NCBI RefSeq assembly: GCF_009914755.1
Contig: NC_060934.1
DNA: 64,000 nucleotides
Source: the human T2T-CHM13v2.0 reference genome, Homo sapiens
Reading direction: 5' to 3' (one strand)
In this document: piece by piece, positions 63,331 through 64,000 of the stretch
Layout of the letters: each line of letters begins with the position of its first letter
Numbering within the stretch: the stretch's first letter is position 1
Notes under the pieces: model-generated
Database searches by the model: none
What the model saw: only the letters and a program-made list of their open reading frames with translations
What the model was told of the DNA's origin: nothing
Made by a program: the position numbers and the translations under genes

Positions 63331-64000
63331 GCTCCTCCTCCCTTGCTTGAGTCCAAGTGAAGAACTGTTTTTCTATTAAATCCAATTCTATGACTTTCCC
63401 TAACATTCACACACAAAGTAATGCAATACAGACCCACATACCAGCAGATCGCTACTAGCTGAGTGTGTGACCAGTTTGAGTATCTGGATGGGCCAGATGT
63501 TCACAGTGGCCACACTTAGCCACAAAACACAACAGCCTTCAATGTCCCAGCCCTTGGCCTAACCATCATTGCTCTCCAAGCATGTGGAGGCTTCAGCTTT
63601 CTCACTTCCGGAGCCGAGGTGACACTGTTATGCACTGGCTAGTTTAGCTTTTTTGGGTGCAACATCTGGAGCAAATGTGTAACTTGATGTTGGTCACTTT
63701 TACACAAAAATAAATAGTCTGTATCCGACAGACCCAGTGAAAGGTGCTGTTTGTTTAGACAGTGGATTTGTTGTGCATTTCATTTAGCTAATGAATCTTG
63801 GAACTCTCAACATAAACAATCAGGAAACTTAAACCCTTAAGGAGCCTAAGAGATAGGAATGTTTTCTTCAGTGTGAATCATGAGCTAATTATTGTTCCTA
63901 AAACTGTAAACCAAATTAATTATGCCTACCTAGTAGCTAGAGAACATGAAGGATCCAGCACCTGCCTTGTGTTCAAATATGGACTATTTAGAGACAAGAG

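Overview
Primate (very probably human) non-coding DNA, well over half of it interspersed repeat. It holds about 42 Alu-family copies (FAM, FLAM, AluJ, AluS, one young AluY), a full-length but dead L1PA7/8-type LINE-1 (46849-53389), two L1MA-type 3' segments, and long old L1M fragments on both strands. It also holds MaLR/ERVL/ERV1 LTRs, MER33/MER58/MER5/MADE1 DNA-transposon relics, MIR/L2 fragments and microsatellites. I can support no intact protein-coding gene: the supplied ORFs are Alu, simple-repeat or broken L1 frames, or short unrecognised frames. I found no convincing new biological system. The best leads are: (i) a perfect RFX X-box next to a consensus splice donor at 419-482, a candidate minus-strand first exon; (ii) a CpG-retaining ETS/ZNF143/E2F motif cluster at ~14.0 kb whose 87-bp duplicate at 16.0 kb has lost its CpGs; (iii) a diverged CCAAT/GC-box module present twice (2.7 and 3.8 kb); and (iv) several readable repair or recombination scars (an ORF2 copy inside the L1 3'UTR, a fold-back insertion, one-arm and three-arm Alus, an L1 without matching TSDs). 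Subfamily names come from recalled consensus sequences, not from a RepeatMasker run, and most repeat boundaries are approximate.
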